Assembly: GCA_951406725.2 (NCBI GenBank) | Contig: OX597827.1 | Span: 2,294,001 to 2,358,000, forward strand | Origin: Octopus vulgaris | Lineage: Eukaryota | DNA length: 64,000 nucleotides | Direction: 5' to 3' | Shown: positions 13,714-27,880 of the stretch, piece by piece | Position numbering within the stretch: position 1 is the stretch's first letter | Layout: each line of letters begins with the position of its first letter | The notes under the pieces: generated by a model | Database searches by the model: none | The model's input: only the letters and a program-made list of their open reading frames with translations | Told to the model about the DNA's origin: nothing | Program-made: the position numbers and the translations under genes

Positions 13714-14474
13714 CTAGCCTGGAGGGAGGTGGACTCCGCCAGGTTTTCTACATACGCTACATACACTGCAAGGCTGCGGCGCCCAACGACCCTTTAAGGG
13801 GTTAATGGACTTCTCAAAACGAAATGTTGCGAAACATTTTGTCCGGCTTACTCACGATTCTTCCAGCTCACATGTAAATGAGTAACTTATATCGTGCCCG
13901 TCTGTGAAAGAATTTATTGGTTCGTAGTGGAACGAATGGTCGATGTATCTGTTTCCCTCTTCTCCTATTTACAACAAACGGGGATATCTATCGGCCATTT
14001 TGGAACGATCGATCGATCTACGGTTGCCTGTTTTATTATTTTTTTAATGTTGCATACAGCACGCAGGATTTCTTACACCCACGCATTACACATGCGCACA
14101 TATACACATATGCACATATATACATAAGCACACACGCACACATATGTACAGTAGTGCTTTGGTTTCTTATTTTGCACACCCCACCCACACCAAAAAGAAA
14201 ATGAAATCCTCCGCCAAATTACTCTCCGCCATATTAAACAAAGAAGTGAGACATTGGATAATAACGAAGTCCTTTCAAAAGTCAAGAAGAAAGAATCTTT
14301 TTTAAAAAATGAATAAAAGAAAAAGAATGGAATGATCACAACTGGAATGCTTTTGATCATAGATCTGTACGATCAGTGTTGACCTGGGGTTAAAAACAAT
14401 GAGAATAACAATCTGTTCAATCTGTTCATCTTAAGAGCTAAACACACACACTTTCTCTTTCTCCCGTCTCCCCC

Positions 14475-14509
<35 letters not shown>

Positions 14510-14674
14510 ACACGCACACACACACACAAAACACTCTTTATTACACACTCACACACACTTGCACTCTCTCTTAACACATGCATTCTCTCACCTCTCTTTC
14601 ACACAAACTGTCTTTCCCCTTTTTCTCTCTCACTCCATCTTTCTCTCCCCTCTCTCTCCCCCACACACTTACTT

Positions 14675-14705
<31 letters not shown>

Positions 14706-14775
14706 CGCCCCCAAACTTAGTCGAAATTACTGGCCTTGTGCTAAAATCTGAAACCATTATCACAGTTGTAAGTTA

Positions 14776-15310
14776 GGCGGCGAGCTGGCAGAAATGTTAG
14801 CACGCCGGACGAAATGCGTAGCCGTATTTCGTCTGCCGTTACGCTCTGAGTTCATATTCCGCCGAGGTCGACTTTGCCTTTCATCCTTTCGGGGTCGATT
14901 AAATAAGTACCAGTTACGCACTGGGATCGATGTAATCGACTTAATCCCTTTTCTGTCCTTGTTTGTCCCCTCTGTGTTTAGCCCCTTGAGGGTAATAAAG
15001 AAATAAGAATCGTTAGCGCGCCAGGCAAAATGCTTAGTGGCATTCCGACCGTCTTTATGTTCTGAGTTCAAATTACGCCGAGGTCGACTTTGTCTTTCAT
15101 CCTTTCGGGGTCGATCAAAAAAAGTACCATTTGAGCCCTGGGGGTCAATGCAATCGACTCGTCCCCTCCCCCGGAATTGTTGTCCTTGCGCTAAAATATG
15201 AAACCATTATTACAGTTAGAAATACCAGTTGAATACTGGGGTCTATATAATCGATTAGATCCCTCTCTACAAAATTTCAGGCCTTGTGCATATAGTAGAA
15301 AGGATTATTA
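14776..15310 (+). mobile_element. Family A SINE multimer
   Basis: Full unit 14776-15007, second unit from GAATCGTTAGC, plus a 3' fragment. Confidence 0.9.
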
Positions 15311-15344
15311 GAGTTATTACAGTGTTATGGTGTCGAGGAATAAA

Positions 15345-15812
15345 GACGGGTCCACTTGTGGTTACGGTGTTGCAAGTACGATCGTAAGGTCGTGGTCTTC
15401 ATTTCCGGACGTTGTGTTCTTAAGCAAAACCCTTCATTTCACGTGGCTGAAGTCCACTGAGTTGTAACTGAGTCATTGGTTGGTGCATTGTGTTCTTGAG
15501 CAATACATATCATTTCATGTTGCTCTAATTCACTCAAATGTAAATGAGTAACTCAGCGGTGTCCCGTCCCGGAAAAATATTGTCCTCGGCCTCTTGCAGG
15601 TCATGGAAACGTGTAACTGGTGCTATAAGTCCTAAGACTTGATGCAGTAATATCGTGGAGGCGAGTGGCTTTGTGGTTAGGGTGCTGGGCTCATGAACGT
15701 AGAATTGTGGTTTCGATTCCTGAGCCGAGCGACGCGTTGTGCTCTTAAGCAAACCACTTTATTTCACGTTGCACCAGTCCACTCACCTGGCGAAAATAAG
15801 TAATCCTGCGAC
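15345..15812 (+). mobile_element. Cluster of family D SINE pieces
   Basis: Three core repeats; clearest head at 15656. Confidence 0.8.
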
Positions 15813-15958
15813 CCCAAAACCACGTAGTTGCTAAGTCACACAGCCATGCCTGTATCCAAAGTGCGTGTGGGGGTGGGGTGGGGGGGTATTTACTGTGTGA
15901 ACTTGGGGAGAAAGACATTAAGTAACAACGACTACCAGGAGGGTGACAGATATGTAGA

Positions 15959-16289
15959 GCGGCGAGCTGCCAGAACCGTTAGCGCGCCGGGCGAAATGCG
16001 GGGCCGTATTTCGTCTGCCGTTACGTTCCGTAATCGACTTAATCCCTTTGTCTGTCCTTGTTTGTCCCCTCAGTGTTTAGCCCCTTATGAGTAGTAAAGA
16101 AATAGGTATTTCGTCTGTCTTTACGTTGTGAGTTCAAATTCCGCCGAGGTCGACTTTGCCTTTCATCCTTTCGGGGTCGATAAATTAAGTACTAGTTACG
16201 CATTGGGGTCGATGTAATCGACTTAATCCCTTTGTCTGTCCTTGTTTGTCCCTTCTGTGTTTAGCCCCTTATAGGTAGTAAAGAAATAG
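15959..16289 (+). mobile_element. Family A SINE dimer
   Basis: Internally deleted unit, then a unit restarting at GGTATTTCGTC. Confidence 0.9.
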
Positions 16290-16815
16290 ATACGCAAAAA
16301 GATTAGTTCATATACGAAAGGGAAGACGGAAATTGAGGATTAAAGGAAGAGTGACTGAAAGAGAGAGAGAGAGAGATTGAGAGAGAGAGAGAGAGAGATG
16401 GATAGACTGAGCAAGAAGGAATAGCAAGAGAGACTGATGTGAAAGAAAAGAGATGAGAGACGATGGTGACATGAACAAGGAAGGAGAAAGAAAGCGAGGT
16501 GGGGATGGGGGAAGGCATTAAAAGGGAGAGAATTGAAGCTAGAGGATGAGTGAGTATGGAAATATGGGGAGATAAAAAACGTAGAAGTGAAGGAGTCATA
16601 AGGAAGTGGGGGAGCGGGAGGAGAAAGAGGTAAGAATAAGGACAAAGAGTGCACAGTGCAGGAGGGGGGGGAGGAGGTAATAGTGATGCTGAGGTTGGAG
16701 TGGTGGGGGAAATGATTCAAGAGGAAGAGATTGGGGCACGGAGGGTTCACAAGGAGGTGTGTGGGAAGGTGGGTGATTTGAAGAGAAACAACTATGATGC
16801 TCACAGTGAACAAAT

Positions 16816-16871
<56 letters not shown>

Positions 16872-17196
16872 AGATATACACACATATACACATACATATC
16901 ATAAATAGGCTGACGCACACTACAGACATCCAGAAATCTGTGTGTCTGTCTATTAATATAATATGTGTGTACATATATATATGTATTCTTTTATTTTTTT
17001 AATATTTGTTTCATTCATTTTATTGCGGCCATGCTGGAGCACCGCCTTGACGGGTTTTAGTCGAACAAATCAAGCCCAGGACTTACTTTTGAAAGCCTGT
17101 TGCTTATTCTAGCAATCTCTTTTGCTGAACTGCTAGGTGACAGGAATGACGGGAATATCAGCATCAGTATATATAAAGCCATTCGTTTTATTTTCC

Positions 17197-17256
<60 letters not shown>

Positions 17257-17434
17257 TGTATGTATATATGCATGTATGTATGTATATATACATATATATA
17301 TAGTATCCGTACATACCCATGTGTGTTTTTTATCTTCAGTGAAATTGCCTTAAGATGCTGAGGTATATCAAAAACATATTTGAACAAGCCTAAAGTTTAT
17401 TAATTGTTCATCATTACTTCAAGCTACAACTGAC

Positions 17435-17471
<37 letters not shown>

Positions 17472-17472
<1 letters not shown>

Positions 17473-17730
17473 CGAGGGTGCGATGGGTAAACCGCTGTAA
17501 CAATATATTTTTAACATCACGCATGCGCATGTTTCTTTTTGAATTTGTCCACTAAAAGTATAGTAGGGTCAGTTGGGCACCGTCTGTGAGATAAACAGCA
17601 TCACTACGCACTTTACTCTGCAAGAAATTGGGAAACAACACGCTGCACTGCTAGGCATTCGCGTCGGAAGCTCCAATAGGAACATTTCAGAGTGTTTGGG
17701 TGTCAACCCGAGAACAGTGCAATCTGAGGA
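17472..17730 (+). mobile_element. Tc1/mariner-like transposon 5' remnant (HTH N-terminus)
   Basis: Translation from about 17603 gives TTHFTLQEIGKQHAALLGIRVGSSNRNISECLGVNPRTVQ, resembling a transposase helix-turn-helix; GAGGGTG TIR-like start next to a TA/CA tract. Confidence 0.6.
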
Positions 17731-17864
17731 CATGTACTGAGAGTGATAAAAATCGAACATCCAGTCAATGGTCGTACCGTTAAGTTGCGGTGACGTAAAC
17801 AAACCAACACCGATTGCACAGTGTTTGTAGGAGACACAATCACGCACACAATTTTTATTTTTGT

Positions 17865-18170
17865 GCCCTTTTCAATCCTAGCCAGGCTTATGGGCCCAGT
17901 TTCCCGGTTTCTGTGACGCATGTGCCCCTCTCACCCCAGCTGGACGGGACGCCAGTCCATCGTAGCGTAACTCAAGAAACAGGAAGAGAGAGTGAGAGAA
18001 AGTTGTGGCGAAAGAGTACAACAGGGGTCGTTACCACCCACTGCCGGGACCTCGGGGAGCTTTTAAGTGTTTTCGCTCAATAAACACACACAACGCCCGG
18101 TCTGGGAATCGAAACCGCGATCCTCCGAATACTAGTCCGTTGCCCTAACCACTGGGCCATTGCGCCTCCA
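17865..18170 (-). mobile_element. Family C SINE
   Basis: Near-identical to 5521-5829. Confidence 0.92.
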
Positions 18171-18965
18171 GTCTCGCTCACAGTTACATGTATGTATGTA
18201 TGTATGTATGTATGTATGTATGTATGTATGTATGTACGTACGTATGTATGTATGTATGTATGTATGTATGTATGCATGTATGTATGTACGTACGTATGTA
18301 TGTATGTGTGTGTGTATGTATGAATGTATGTATGTATGTATGTATTTATGCATGAATGTACATATGTATGTATGTATGTATGTATGTGTGTATGTATGTA
18401 TGTGTGTATGTATGTATACACAAACACACACACACACACACACGTACATGTAGAGAAAGAGGGGATGTGGGAGAGGAAACTGAATCTGCATCAAAGACAA
18501 CGAAATGTTAACACACGCACATCGCCTGTGCGCCAGAATCTAATGGCGAACACACAGACAGCAATATTGATCTAGTCGCAGTGGTGCGAACACACAGACA
18601 CAGCAAAATAGAAGATATGCGAATTGAAGCACACCCGCATATTCTTAACAGACAACGGGCAAAAAGGAAGGCACACATTCACACACATACGCTGTAATAC
18701 ATTGAAACGGACACTGTGTGTGTGTGTGAGTGTGAATGTGTCTAAGTGTGTACGTGTGTGTATGTTCATGTCTAAGTGAATGTATATGTCACTATATGTG
18801 TGTGTTATTATGTGAATGTATATGTCAGTGCGTATGTGTGTGTGTGTGGTGTGCGTGTGGGTGTGTGTGTCAGTATGTGAATGTGTGTTTGTCGAAACGT
18901 CTGCATGTATGTTTGTCAATGTGTGTCTTAGTACGTGCGTGTGTATGCGCGTGTATGTGAAATGC

Positions 18966-18997
<32 letters not shown>

Positions 18998-19339
18998 TTA
19001 GTTTGGTGTGGTGCATGTGTGTATGTGTCTGAGTCAGTGTGTTTGTATAATGTGACGTGATGTGATAAGTGCGCGTGTTTGTGTGCGTGTGTACATGCAT
19101 ATTCCTGTGTGCGTATGTACGTCTGTTAGTAAGTTTTTCAACGGACGTTGACAGTGGAATCTTATATTGTGGTCTTTACCCTGGGCAGCGACCGTGATGA
19201 GGTTTTTAGCTTTATCCATATTCTCTCCTTTTAAGCATTATCGAGCCTCTGTCGAAAAGTGACAGTTTATCGTAAAGGGAGGCAACTCTATGTACCGGCT
19301 TACATCGGTAAATAATCGCAGAAACTCACGCAAAAATAT

Positions 19340-19389
19340 ACCGACAGACACGAACGCACACACCCCTACACACAGGGGCAGGGATATAA

Positions 19390-19464
<75 letters not shown>

Positions 19465-19618
19465 CGACGGGCTTCTTTAGGGTTCCGTCTACCAAATCCA
19501 CTCACAAGGCTTTAGTCGGCTCGAGGCTATAGAAGAAGTCATTTGCCCAAGGTGACACACAGTGGGACTGAACCCGGAGTCATGGAGTTGTTAAGCAAGC
19601 TACTTACCATGCAGCTAC
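19340..19618 (-). mobile_element. Family B SINE 5' half plus microsatellite
   Basis: CGACGGGCTTCTTT...CCGTCTACCAAATCCACTCACAAGGC... Confidence 0.85.
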
Positions 19619-19859
19619 TTATATACAATATATGAAAAGTTTGTTTTAATGTTAAATTTTGATAAAAGCAATTTAGCATTAAATTGAAGAATTATGCTAA
19701 TGTGTGTGTGTGGTGTCTGTTTGTCTGTCTGTGCAGCAGCCTTCTGCATAGGGTTCATCTACCAAGTTCAGCTCACGAACCCACAAGACAGTCAACTTGT
19801 AGTTATAGTATATATATATTATCTAAATTCATCTTCCACTTTTTTAAGGAACCAAAAAT

Positions 19860-20235
19860 ACGAGAGATATTAATCGCTGCTATTTCTAGGAGATCATGTC
19901 AACACATAGAGGATTTTCTCCATGACTGCTGTTTCTAGCATGCGGAGTGACCATATGGTGGTTCCCTCATTGGTTCATCTCAATACTGTTTAGCCCAAGG
20001 TCTACAACGAAAGTGTAGCAATATAATGAAAGCCCTTCTAGCCGTGACCATCATGCCTTTTAGTGGCATGTTGGACAGGACTACATTGTCTAATGATCAA
20101 TCGACCCATCTATATATTTTATTCATCGTGTATCTTGGACTTCATTATCATATCTACCCTTCAATTTTTAAAAGAGGTGCATGTAATTTTGCTGTGTTTT
20201 TCTAGCTGTTCAATGGGCAAGGAAGGAGCGGACTT
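19860..20235. repeat. Old dispersed repeat family (GCTGCTATTTCTAGCA motif)
   Basis: The motif recurs at about 19876, 19926, 27049, 27174, 45330 and 54500; longer related pieces at 14320-14410, 45180-45355 and 62020-62110. Confidence 0.55.
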
Positions 20236-21127
20236 GTTGGCACGTCTCTAAATTCTCTATTGATTGCCGACAGAATTTTAAAATAACTGAAATACAACAA
20301 AGTTCTTTAAAACTTCCGTTGCTAGAGTCGTCGTTTTAATGGTGGACCTGAAACTGTTGTCTGTTTATTTCACCTTTCAACTTAGATTTCTTTCAGCTTT
20401 CAGGAAATAATTTGGTCATAGAGTCTAGTGTTTGTATGTTGCTAAGGTACGCTGTACGCTAAGTATTTGTTGCTAAGGTACGCTATATGCTGAGTTTTTT
20501 CTTCTTCTGCTTTTGTTTATTGATATAGCTTCTATAGCCAGCTTTTATACTTCCGAGAGGAATTCTATTCAGGAGGAAGCTTGCGTTAGGAAACAATATT
20601 TTTCGATACAATCATATTTCATGCTCTTTTGTGTAAGATACATTTTTAATGACCTCGTTAAACGATAGACAGGATGCCTGCACCTTGACATCCGGCAGCC
20701 CTTCCAAACTTGTGAGATTGCTGCAGTATAGCTTACAATCATTCCTTGTTGTAAATGCATTGTTAGATGTGGAGAAAAAGTGGTAACAGTATGTCTATAC
20801 TATCAATCGTCCATATTAAGTTGAATCATCTGCAGAAAGTAGCGATGGTTTGTGGTGGTAACTAGTGAGTATAAACTGTTTTAAAATAGGATGTCTTGAT
20901 TTACTGAGAAAGAAATGAAATGTTTAACTCTCGGAGCTTAACCCTTCATTTTAAGAAGTATTCCCACTATCATTTAAGAAGCATGAAATCTGCAACAGCC
21001 GTGAATGCATCGCAATCGGTAAATGCTATTATTGGAGTTTTGTTCAGTGAATTTTCAGTATTGTAGTTTGTAGTTAATGAGAATATTTGTAATGGTTCTG
21101 TTATTGCTATTTAAAAAGAAGTTTTAG

Positions 21128-21480
21128 GTAGAGGCATGTCTGTGTGGTTAAGAAGCTTGCTTTGCAATTACTATGCGGTATCGGGTTCAGTCCTTCTGTG
21201 CAGCACCTAAGGCAATTGTCTTCCACTGAAACCCCGGATTGACCAATGCCTTGTGAGAGATTTCGGTAGACGGAACCGTGAGGAAGGCCATCGTATTCAT
21301 GTGTGTGTGTGTTATGTGTATGTATGTCTTATCTGTCTATGTTATGTTTGCCGCCCACCACCATTCCACAACCATTGTTGGTTTGTTTACGTCCATGTAA
21401 GTTAGCGTTTCGGCAAAAGCAATTTATGCAATAAGTGGTTTTAGTTCCATGACTGGAAGAAGTAAAAGGTAAAAGGTAAA
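21128..21480 (+). mobile_element. Family B SINE (diverged)
   Basis: Head, CORE-like box, microsatellite and partial 3' half. Confidence 0.8.
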
Positions 21481-22032
21481 TACTTAAATTCAAATAACGA
21501 AGGGTAGTAGCACCCATGACTCGTTTTCGTTCCTCCGAGGCTTTTGCGAAAACAGGAGAAATTCACCCTGAAGCCAGGGGCTTGATTGCACTCAAAAGTT
21601 TGCAATGAGGTAGGTCCCAAAACAGCACCCAAAAGTCAGGTGGTGAGGTTAATCCTGCCAATAGTGTCGGTATGTTAACCTAGAACAGGTCTAATTTCTT
21701 CGACAGAATTCCACGTCAGACCAAATTTCCGTCAAAGAAACTTCATAATGTTGAAGAGTTTCATCGACTCGAGGTTATACTTTGGTAGGTTGTCTAAATC
21801 TGTCAGACTTGGATTCTGTTTTAAGTACCTCTCTCCCCCTCTCCCCCTCTCTCTCTATATCACCTCTCTCCCTCCCCCTCTCTCTATATATCACCTCTCT
21901 CCCTCCCCCTCTCTCTCCTTCATACTTTTTGTCAAAAAATTAAAATGTATATATATATATTATATAGATTTTCAGAACGCCGTGGGACAGAACTCGAAAC
22001 CTCATTACGCTGAAAAGAACTTCCTATATACA

Positions 22033-22064
<32 letters not shown>

Positions 22065-22306
22065 CACATACATACACACACACACACACACACGCACATG
22101 ATTCATTGCGTCATAAGGATATTTAAAGTTTGAAAGAACATGAAACAATTCATTTTTGAAACAGCGGGTCTCGAAGCGCATATAGCTATAAATGAAAGCG
22201 TAAAATCATGTAAATATTGAGTCTAAAAAGCCCTTTGGATAGAAAAAGTCGGAAGCTGCCTGTGAGAATTGATCCCACATCTTATGCAGACAACACACAC
22301 ACACAC

Positions 22307-22339
<33 letters not shown>

Positions 22340-22866
22340 TGTATGTATGTATGTATGTATGTATGTATGTATGTATGTATATATGTATGTATGTATTTAT
22401 GTATGTATGTATGTCTGTGCATGTGTATATATATGCTCGCCTGTGATTGGTTGAAATATATGTTATATTCCGTTTCAAGAGTTTTTGACGGCGGTCATTG
22501 TGTGGTTGGTTCATAAAATTCATTCATATTTTTTTTATCCGAGTTGTTTGTTTGTTTGTTTGTTGAATGCATGGAGCCTTGTCCGTCTGTCTTTGTGGAA
22601 TATCTGCGTCTATTGTCCTGTAGTTTGCTCTAATAAATTATTACTGAACTCCTGCTTCCGTCTCGTCAAACTTGATGACAATTTTATTAATTATAGAGAA
22701 CGTTACCTTTTCAAAAGTTTCATTTTGACGTTAAGTTTATTACAAATGCACACACACAAACACATATACAAAGTATACACGCACGCACACACACACACAC
22801 ACACAAACACATACATTCAAACATACACACAAACGTACACACAAACGTACACACACACACACACAC

Positions 22867-22927
<61 letters not shown>

Positions 22928-23775
22928 AACACACACAAACATGCACAAACACACACACACACACATGCACACAAACACAAACACACACAAACATGCAAAC
23001 ATGCACACAAACGTACGCACATACACAGACAGATAGATAAATTATGCATACATACTCTCCGTCATGCGTCGGTATGGTTGTGTCTACGTATGTGTGTGTG
23101 TGCGCGTGTGTGTGCGCGTGTGTGTATGCATATGGACGATATCGTTTCAAATTTTAAGGAAACAAAGCACGTAACATTGTGTGTACATGCACACATTCAC
23201 ACGTACGCACACACACACGATATCATGGAGTTGATTTTTCAAAGTTTGAGACAAAAAAAATACATGAAAAAATGTAATGTTCGAGTCATTTCCTATATCT
23301 ATAGATAAGTATGTGTGTTTAAGGGAGATAATTTAGCTTAACTTGTTTGAGTCGTACAATTATTTTTCAGCAGTCCCGTTGTCTATCAACGATATCGAAC
23401 GTTATTAGTGCACCTGGTACTCCAGCACACCCATTAATTCTTTCATTCTCACGCACTCTTCGCCAATTTGCTTCTCCGTTCATATGTGAAATATGAAACA
23501 TTATCCTTCTGCTCCCTTGCAGTTTATTTCTCCGACTCCATTCTTTATACAGGCGAGTGCAAAAGTAGGTCTACTGTAATTATCACATCACTGTTATGAT
23601 ACTTAATTAATTAAAATTATTAGCACATTGAATTAGTTAACCTCATTTTTTATATTTTCAGTGTCATTAATCATAATAATACATTTATCATAACTATGAT
23701 AATATTTTTTTCGTAACTTTTAATTTTTTTGATAAAATTAAAATAAGTATTGTACGTGTTTCCTTTTTTTTCGTA

Positions 23776-23937
23776 GGCGCAGGAGTGGCTGTGTGGTAAG
23801 AACTTGCTTCTTAATTACATGGTTCCGAGTTCAGTACCACTGCGTGGTACCTTGGGCAAGTGTCTTCTACTATAGCCTCGGGCCGACCAAAGCCTTGTGA
23901 GTGGATTTGGCAGATGGAAGCTGAAAGAAGCCCATCG

Positions 23938-24007
<70 letters not shown>

Positions 24008-24140
24008 TTGTGTGTCTATGTTTGTTCCCCCCACCAGCAGTTCGGCAAAAGAGACCGATAGAATAAGTACTAGGCTTATAAATAATAAGCCCTGGCGTCG
24101 ATTTCATCCACCAAAGGCGATGTTCTCAGCGTGGTTGCAA
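23776..24140 (+). mobile_element. Family B SINE
   Basis: GGCGCAGGAGTGGCTGTGTGGTAAG...GAAGCCCATCG(TA)n...GAGACCGATAGAATAAGTACTAGG. Confidence 0.9.
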
Positions 24141-24184
24141 ATGAGATCTATTCCACCTCAATCGCAGATTTTTTAATTAATTAA

Positions 24185-24367
24185 TTTTTTTAACTAAACA
24201 GTTTGAAACTTGGAATACTGGTAGAATTTCTCAAGTTGAACGTTTTTTTGACAAAATTTCTTATTTTAGAAGTTATTTCATGTTAAAGTTGTCGTATTTG
24301 GGTGATTTCAACCAATCAACGACGTGTGTTCAGTTGAAGAAAGCTACAGCCATGCCGGTGCCGTATG
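24185..24367 (+). mobile_element. Internal fragment related to the 45.5-kb MITE
   Basis: Collinear motifs CTAAACA, ATACTGGTAGAAT, TTTCAACCAATCAA.GACGT and GTGCCGTATG. Confidence 0.55.
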
Positions 24368-24698
24368 GCATAATAATATAGGATTTGTTATGGTGGAGGT
24401 GGAGGTGGTGATGCTATCGATGATGGGTAATTATTTGTTACTGGTTGTAGAAGTGTGTGGCTGTGAGGAGGGAAAGAGAGTGTGGAGAGTGAGAGACTGT
24501 TGGTGTGTGTATGTGTGCTTGCGTGTATGCGTTTGCGTGTACGTGTATGTGTATATATGTGTGTGTGTGTGTGTGTATGTGTGCGTGCGTGTGTGTATGT
24601 GTGCGTGCACGCGTGCGATGTTGTGTGTGTGTGTGTGCGTGCGCGTATGTATACTCGAAGAATCGGCGTCAGTAATGACAGGAAGAAAACTTCAGAAA

Positions 24699-24699
<1 letters not shown>

Positions 24700-24780
<81 letters not shown>

Positions 24781-24841
24781 GGTGGTGGCGGTGGTGGTGG
24801 TGGTGTCGGTTGTGGTGGTGGTGGTGGAAGAAGAAAATGAA

Positions 24842-24872
<31 letters not shown>

Positions 24873-24874
24873 AA

Positions 24875-24905
<31 letters not shown>

Positions 24906-24960
24906 AAGAACAACAACAACAACAACAACAACAGCAACAACAGTAACATCAACAACAACG
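24700..24960. repeat. Compound trinucleotide array (GTA)(GTG)(AAT)(AAG)(AAC)
   Basis: Read directly; similar arrays at 1055-1150, 3960-4265, 7890-7975, 10960-11330, 47970-48100, 59932-60075 and 62464-62645. Confidence 0.95.
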
Positions 24961-25186
24961 CCGACAAGAAGAAAACAAAAAAAACGGCTAATGGGGTGGG
25001 GGTGTTGATCGACGGTCAGGCTTAGGGTATATGATAATATCATAGGTGGCGCTCCGTTGATAGGCGTATTATGAGGAATCAGATAAGGTTTAAATGCCTG
25101 GTTGGCAACGTGCGCCGGTCGCTGGGTGTTGTTTTCGCTCTTTTGAAGGGAAGAAGAAGACAGCAGTTGCGTGTTTAATATGTACG

Positions 25187-25235
<49 letters not shown>

Positions 25236-25617
25236 TGGTGGTGTTGGTGGTGGTGGTGCGTCAGTGCGAAAAGGTGAACGCGTACGAGGTGGAGCGTAAA
25301 CGCACGTGCTTGCTCGTGGCAGGGTCACTAATCTGTGCGTATGTATGTATGTATGTATGTATGGATTGATGGGCGAATGGATGGATGGATGGATGGGCGA
25401 ATGGCTACATGTATGTATAAATGTAATGTAGGTATGCAAGTATGGTTGTATATTTGTATGTATAATGTATATAAGCGTGACTGTACCTTTATACATGTGT
25501 CTGTATCTCTCTGAGTCTCTCTCACTCTCTCACACTCCCTTTCTCACTCTCACTCTTATTCTCTCTCTCACTCTCTCTCTCTCTCTCTCTTTACATATGT
25601 GTGTGTAAATATGTTAT

Positions 25618-25669
25618 GTAGATAGACAGACATACAGATAGATAGATAGATAGATACATAGATAAAGAA

Positions 25670-25732
<63 letters not shown>

Positions 25733-25747
25733 TAGAAAGATAAAGAG

Positions 25748-25792
<45 letters not shown>

Positions 25793-25809
25793 TAGATAGA
25801 AAGATAAAG

Positions 25810-25868
<59 letters not shown>

Positions 25869-25885
25869 TAGATAGAAAGATAAAG

Positions 25886-25960
<75 letters not shown>

Positions 25961-25983
25961 TAGAGAGAGAGAGATAGACAGAC

Positions 25984-26046
<63 letters not shown>

Positions 26047-26080
26047 TAGACAGATAGATAGAGAGAGAGAGCGAGAGAGA
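25618..26080. repeat. (GATA)n/(GA)n compound array with higher-order unit
   Basis: The variant GATAGAAAGATAAAGAGA recurs at about 25731, 25795 and 25871. Confidence 0.9.
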
Positions 26081-26569
26081 GTGATGTTTCTTTATTAGCC
26101 ATGTATAGGTGTGCACACACATCGAAGTGCATCTCCCTTACCTTCGTATATTTATGAATGGACATAAACACACACACACACACACACACGAACACATACA
26201 GCAAGAAACCTGCGACCTTTACAGGCATACGTAACTAAATAACACACTCACACGCACACATACACTCACACATATGCTTCCTCATTCACATATACGCACC
26301 ACGTATACACACACTCATACAATCCCATGAATGTTTATATATGCATGCACGAGTTTGTGTGTGAGTGAGTGCGTATGCATGTGTGTTTTGCGCGTGTGCG
26401 TATGTGCTGTGTGTGTATGTTAGTGGGTGTGGGAGTGTCGGTGGGTGTGGATCTGTGTGTGTGTGTGTGTGTGTGTGCGAGCGTGCCCAAGCAAATTCAT
26501 TCCTTTGAACTGCATGATAAGAAAATTGGTAAATTAAGGGTTAGAAAGATATAAAGATTAATGATGTAC

Positions 26570-26601
<32 letters not shown>

Positions 26602-27269
26602 GGGGAGGGAAAGAGAGAGAGAAATAAAGAGCGAGAGAGAGAGGAAGACAGATATATATATCTATATATATATCTATATATATATATATATTATAAAGAG
26701 AGAGACAGGGAGAGAGAGAGGAGAGGGAGTGAAGGAGAGGTGAGAGAGAGGAGAGAATGGTGCGCAAGAAGACTGGGAATGGGTTAGGAAGTATAGTAGT
26801 AGTAGTAGTTGTAGTAATAGTAGTAGTAGTAGATTAAATTTTCTTAGTAATACTAGTAACAAAAGTAATGGTAAAAGTAGCGTTAGCTGTTATAAAAGCG
26901 TTGGTTGAATCAGATTTTTTTTATACCAGATTATTGTGTGGGTCCAGCCCATCGCCAACGTAGACTTTTTTTCTAGATCTACATTGCTTTATGTATCCCG
27001 TTCTTTTAAGACGGTATATATAAAAGAATGATATATGAGAGGCATTTAGCTGCTATTTCTAGCAGACCGAGTGACCATCTGGAGTTTTCCCCTAAGGATT
27101 CAAACCCACCGATGCTTCTGGTGTTAGTGTATCGACTGCTCTCAGTCTCTTCTGAGAAATCCGAGAGACATTAAGCTGCTGTTTCTAGCAAAGCTAGTTA
27201 CCTCACAGTCTGGTGCCTTCCTTCTTGGTTTTGACCCTCCCCCCCCCCCAGTCCTAGTGGTAGTGTATT

Positions 27270-27585
27270 GCAGGCATCTGTCTATCACGAGGCGAATTTA
27301 CTATTTGCAGTTAAAGCGCCGACGTCTGCCAGCTGATTCGCCAGACACCCACGAGGTTATTCATCAGCTTTCCAGCAACAACAGCATTGGGTACCTTTTT
27401 GAATACCATTTGTCTAATACTCCAGGACATGCTTATAAAATCAAAAACAACACAGCTCTCGTGACTTTTGGAAAAAATAATTTTCACGCTCAGAATTGCT
27501 GAAACATGGAATAAACTATTCGCATCAGTGGTTCGTTGTCGAGACACTGCTTCCTTCAAAACTTCCATGCTTCCTGAAATTTTTC
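27270..27585 (+). mobile_element. CR1/L2-group LINE ORF2 C-terminal remnant
   Basis: LKRRRLPADSPDTHEVIH...SNTPGHAYKIK..., then a shifted frame FTLRIAETWNKL; matches the RRL..DL...TRGH.YKL...WN.LP pattern. Confidence 0.75.
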
Positions 27586-27637
27586 AACTGTACACCTGAT
27601 GTCCCTCTACCACTTTTTTTAGCGACTTATTCTATTC

Positions 27638-27808
27638 TACATTATTTACGTTTACACTTGACAGATATTTGTCCTCATCTTGTTTGTTGTTAGCACAACG
27701 TTTCGGCTGATATACCCTCTAGCATTCATCGGGTGTCTTGGGGAAATTTCGAACCTGGGTTCTCATTCCTAAGGTATTATTCGATGTTTATCATCATCAT
27801 CATCATCA

Positions 27809-27880
<72 letters not shown>

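Noticed and set aside
20438-20498. 31-bp tandem duplication
   Set aside because: An ordinary slippage product with no further structure.
25041-25052. CTCF-like AGGTGGCGC (also 37737-37751)
   Set aside because: Single short motif matches are expected by chance in 64 kb.
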